The notes under the pieces are model-generated. The model was not told where the DNA came from, did no database searches, and worked only from the letters and a program-made list of their open reading frames with translations. Below, piece by piece: positions 25,461 to 28,002 of a stretch of DNA of 28,002 nt (positions within the stretch are counted from its first letter, which is position 1; every line of letters begins with the position of its first letter). The translations under genes and the position numbers were made by a program. This stretch comes from a virus (Duplodnaviria > Caudoviricetes): the IMG/VR virus record IMGVR_UViG_3300033406_000396, positions 1 through 28,002 of that record, one strand, 5' to 3'.

Positions 25461-25679
25461 TCAGTCTATCTTTTTGCACAAATCTTCGCCGTAGACCACG
25501 CTCAGGCTACCGCCGTTGTCCCAGGAAACCATAATGCTGCCAAGGTCGTCCACGCCGTTTGCCGTTCCTCGAGTGCCAATGGGTGGCGCCTGTTCGTCAT
25601 TCATACGCACAAGCTCAACCCTTGTGCCAACGGGATACTGCTTGCGTAGCCGCTCGACTATTTCTCTTTTAACAAACAT
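25461..25679 (-). CDS. DUF4314-family protein
   Basis: LR.QYPVGTRVELVRM.D..APPIGT.GT...VDDLG.I.V.WDNG..L..VYGED; ATG 25679 6 nt after GAGGAGG. Confidence 0.85.
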   Translation of the reverse strand: MFVKREIVERLRKQYPVGTRVELVRMNDEQAPPIGTRGTANGVDDLGSIMVSWDNGGSLSVVYGEDLCKKID

Positions 25680-26487
25680 CGCCATCCTCCTCACACGGGT
25701 TTTGTTTTCTGGCCAGCAAGCGGGCCTTATGCTTTTCCTCCTCTGCCGGTGTGCGAAAGGCGGCGCTGCCGGAAAGACGGGCCAGCAGGACTTTTCGGGT
25801 CTTTTTGAAAGCGTCGCCACTCATACCCAGCCGAAGCAGCCATGTTCGCATGGCGTATTTGGGGTTGTCCTCTTGGGCGGGTTTGAAGGAAGCGTACTTA
25901 AGCTTTCTGGCGTTCTCATTCATGCAAGCCGCCAGGTCAAGAAAAGCCGTCATTTCGTCCGATGTCGGATTATCTTTTAACAGCTTGATAGCCAAAGTAT
26001 GCTTTTCAAAATTCATTTCCAAGCCGAGGGAACGCTGTGCCTCTACATCAGTCCAGGCCGTTTTAAAGGAATCCATGTCCTCCATCGGCCTTTGATGCAA
26101 GTCCTCGGCCAAATCTGTGTCGATCAGTGGCTCCGTCATTCCAAAGGCGCTGACAAGCAGGTGCTGCTTGCTGGTGAGCATGTTGACCAAGTTCCGCAGG
26201 CTCGCCGCCGTATGGCCTTCCATCGGCAATTCAACCACATACTCCCCAATCTGCCGCTCACTCGGTTCGATTGACTCTGGGTCTTCAGTTGGCTCTGATT
26301 TTGGCTGGCTCAATAGCTCTTCGACAGAAAACTCGCGCCCCTCCACATCTTTGATCAAGCCATGGCGGTCGACTTGGAAGTTTCCCGCTTCGCAATTGAT
26401 TTCATACGCGCAGCTTGGCACGCCAAGATAGTTTGCTTTGACTCCCCATTTTACTTCCAGCGCCTGCACCAGTTCTTTGCGAGTCAT
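25669..26487 (-). CDS. Conserved phage hypothetical protein (often labelled virulence-related)
   Basis: RKELV.A......KA.YLGVPS.AYEI and DNPKYAMRTWLLRLGM.G..FK..RKVLL..LSG..AFR motifs. Confidence 0.75.
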   Translation of the reverse strand: MTRKELVQALEVKWGVKANYLGVPSCAYEINCEAGNFQVDRHGLIKDVEGREFSVEELLSQPKSEPTEDPESIEPSERQIGEYVVELPMEGHTAASLRNLVNMLTSKQHLLVSAFGMTEPLIDTDLAEDLHQRPMEDMDSFKTAWTDVEAQRSLGLEMNFEKHTLAIKLLKDNPTSDEMTAFLDLAACMNENARKLKYASFKPAQEDNPKYAMRTWLLRLGMSGDAFKKTRKVLLARLSGSAAFRTPAEEEKHKARLLARKQNPCEEDGDVC

Positions 26488-26681
26488 TGTTCACACCCCG
26501 CTTCCCGGACCCACTTCAACGTGTTCACCAATTCTTCAATTTCACCGGCCGAGTAGATCAGGCATTCGTCATTGTCCTTCGCCGTCGGAGCAAGCACCAA
26601 GTTGCCGCCCCATTTTCCAACGATTACATAACTTTGCTTTGAGCAGGTGGCTTTAAATCGGTCGCCTTTTTGAATTCTCAT
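26484..26681 (-). CDS. Hypothetical protein (65 aa)
   Basis: ATG 26681 after AGGGAGGG RBS; ATGA overlap with next gene. Confidence 0.7.
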   Translation of the reverse strand: MRIQKGDRFKATCSKQSYVIVGKWGGNLVLAPTAKDNDECLIYSAGEIEELVNTLKWVREAGCEQ

Positions 26682-26709
26682 GGTTTTTCCCTCCCTGTGT
26701 TTTGGTAGT

Positions 26710-26742
26710 CTATATATCACTCTAAACACAGGAATTAGCAAG
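26710..26742 (-). promoter_or_regulatory. Putative promoter/operator (CTTG-N15-AGAGTGAT-N2-ATAG), second copy
   Basis: CTTGCTAATTCCTGTGTTTAGAGTGATATATAG; matches the 2594-2626 motif. Confidence 0.55.
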
Positions 26743-26774
26743 CGGAATGTTCAAGTATTCCGGCCAAATTTTTC

Positions 26775-27113
26775 CTACAAGTTTGACCGTTCTGATCGCT
26801 CATACACCATTTTCAGCTGCAGCAGAGAATACACAATCCGATCCAGCAGGCGCTCTTCGCATTCGCTGACCGCGATGCCTTTTGCCAGAGCCACGTTATG
26901 CTTGTCCACCAGCGTCTCGGCCACCAGAAACATGGCAGCGTGAGGGTCCTGAGAATATATGGACGGGTATAGCCGCTCGGCAGTCTGGCGAAAATTCCAG
27001 AAAAGATCGCCGCTCGCGCCATAGCCTTTATTTTTTCTGGCAAACAGTTTTTGAATTTCCTCGAACTTATCTTGAATAAATAGGACAAAATCAGTTCTCC
27101 TTGTCGGTTCCAC
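26775..27113 (-). CDS. Small all-alpha protein, MazG/Nmad1-like nucleotide-pool protein candidate
   Basis: LFARKNKGYG....F.NF and EERLLD.IVY.LL pattern; GGAGGTG RBS before GTG; follows methyltransferase. Confidence 0.55.
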   Translation of the reverse strand: MEPTRRTDFVLFIQDKFEEIQKLFARKNKGYGASGDLFWNFRQTAERLYPSIYSQDPHAAMFLVAETLVDKHNVALAKGIAVSECEERLLDRIVYSLLQLKMVYERSERSNL

Positions 27114-27117
27114 AGAA

Positions 27118-28002
27118 TCACACCTCCATAACTTCCGTCAAAGTTGAAATTAACAATGCGCAGGCAACTTCAAACGCCACATTTACAGTGACCGCATTGC
27201 CGGCCTGTTTGTAAAGCTGCGAATCAGAGTTTACCGCCTTGGCTTTCTCAAACAGTTCATCGGAAAACCCCTGCAAGCGCCAGCACTCCTTGGGAGTTAG
27301 CCGCCGTATCCGAAAACGGGCGTGTTCCAGGGCGGCTACGCCGTGCCTGTCCTGCCCGGTCAAAGTAAACATCGGCTCATCCGGGTCTTTAAGCCGCCTG
27401 CCGTTCTGCCTTTTTTCTTTCCGGTCCGGCGTCAGAACCGGCATCACGCAGGGAATTTTATCAAGCCGTGCGGCTTGCAGGCTTCCGGTTTCCTCCTGCT
27501 TGACGGTGGTGGTAGCGCCATGTGTTTTCTGAATAGCCATGACCGGCGCTTTATAGTCCCTCGCCTTCAGCGTCTGGCAGCAATCACTTGCTTTATACCG
27601 GCCAATCGTCGGCTGATTTACAAAGTACAGGCCGGTTTTTGCACCAGCACCGCCCGCCTGGCTGGCCAAAGCCACGCTTACTCCAGCCGGGTCATACACC
27701 CGGTAGCCTTGCATCCCGCCGATAATTTGCCTAAGACCGCTGCCGCTCTCTCGTCCGAAAGGTAGTATTTCTCGTCGACCGCGGCTTCCAAGATGTCCGA
27801 CAGTATACACCCGCTCCCGGTTTTGAGGGACTCCGTAATCTTTGGAATTGAAAATCTGCCACTGGACATCGTACCCAGCTTCGGCCAGTTCACAGAGATA
27901 TTCGAGGAAATCCCATCCGGCATTGCTAGATAAAAGGCCTTTAACATTTTCGAGGATAACCCATTCGGGTTTATCTTCTTCCGCTTTGCTTTTGAGGAGG
28001 TC
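27118..28002 (-). CDS. DNA (cytosine-5) methyltransferase, 5'-truncated by window edge
   Basis: Frame open to 28002: ILENVKG (motif VI), YGVPQNRERV (VIII), RRLTPKECWRLQGF (IX), YKQAGNAV (X). Confidence 0.95.
   Translation of the reverse strand, partial: DLLKSKAEEDKPEWVILENVKGLLSSNAGWDFLEYLCELAEAGYDVQWQIFNSKDYGVPQNRERVYTVGHLGSRGRREILPFGRESGSGLRQIIGGMQGYRVYDPAGVSVALASQAGGAGAKTGLYFVNQPTIGRYKASDCCQTLKARDYKAPVMAIQKTHGATTTVKQEETGSLQAARLDKIPCVMPVLTPDRKEKRQNGRRLKDPDEPMFTLTGQDRHGVAALEHARFRIRRLTPKECWRLQGFSDELFEKAKAVNSDSQLYKQAGNAVTVNVAFEVACALLISTLTEVMEV
27678..28001 (-). CDS. Overlapping +1-frame ORF inside the methyltransferase (possible second subunit)
   Basis: Open to window edge; encodes WPKLGTMSSG...LSDILEAAVDEKYYLS, a motif recognisable from C5-MTase polypeptides. 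Confidence 0.5.
   Translation of the reverse strand, partial: TSSKAKRKKINPNGLSSKMLKAFYLAMPDGISSNISVNWPKLGTMSSGRFSIPKITESLKTGSGCILSDILEAAVDEKYYLSDERAAAVLGKLSAGCKATGCMTRLE

Larger units (their letters stand above)
1..28002 (-). mobile_element. Prophage (siphovirus-type, HK97-like head, GTA-like tail tip, dual serine recombinases); extends beyond both window edges
   Basis: Co-oriented, syntenic terminase-portal-protease-capsid-connector-tail-lysis-recombinase genes across the window; no att site identified. Confidence 0.97.

Noticed and set aside
26813-27121. Alternative-frame ORF over the MazG-like gene
   Set aside because: No recognisable motif, unlike the +1 ORF in the methyltransferase
239-27765. 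Numerous plus-strand ORFs (e.g. 283..936, 1397..1924, 15200..16057, 19137..19712)
   Set aside because: Antisense shadows of well-supported minus-strand genes with no recognisable motifs
1-28002. CRISPR array, tRNA/rRNA, IS element, reverse transcriptase/DGR, att or cos sites
   Set aside because: No repeat-spacer array, RNA gene, transposase or RT motif seen by eye; att sites probably lie outside the window; short or degenerate repeats could have been missed without computation

Overview
The whole 28 kb window is an internal segment of a siphovirus-type prophage in a Bacillota genome, judged by SigA-type promoters and GGAGG RBSs. A diderm Negativicutes host is inferred, not proven. Almost all genes are on the minus strand. 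In transcription order (right to left): a 5'-truncated C5 DNA methyltransferase, small accessory genes, terminase small and large subunits, portal, ClpP-type protease, HK97 capsid, head-tail joining genes, major tail protein, tail chaperones joined by a -1 frameshift, tape measure, an RcGTA-like tail-tip module (DUF2460, DUF2163, NlpC/P60, tail/host-specificity protein, DUF2793), holin, amidase, a spanin-like protein and two tandem large serine recombinases. Three self-contained morons are inserted: (1) an AT-rich pair, HTH/glycine-zipper plus nuclease-like/glycine-zipper, with its own promoter, a tandem 11-bp repeat operator and a terminator; (2) a plus-strand VOC/glyoxalase gene behind a structured leader; (3) a small-protein/GNAT-like putative toxin-antitoxin pair. 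The methyltransferase also contains a credible second protein in the +1 frame. All family assignments come from motif recognition by eye, with no database search.
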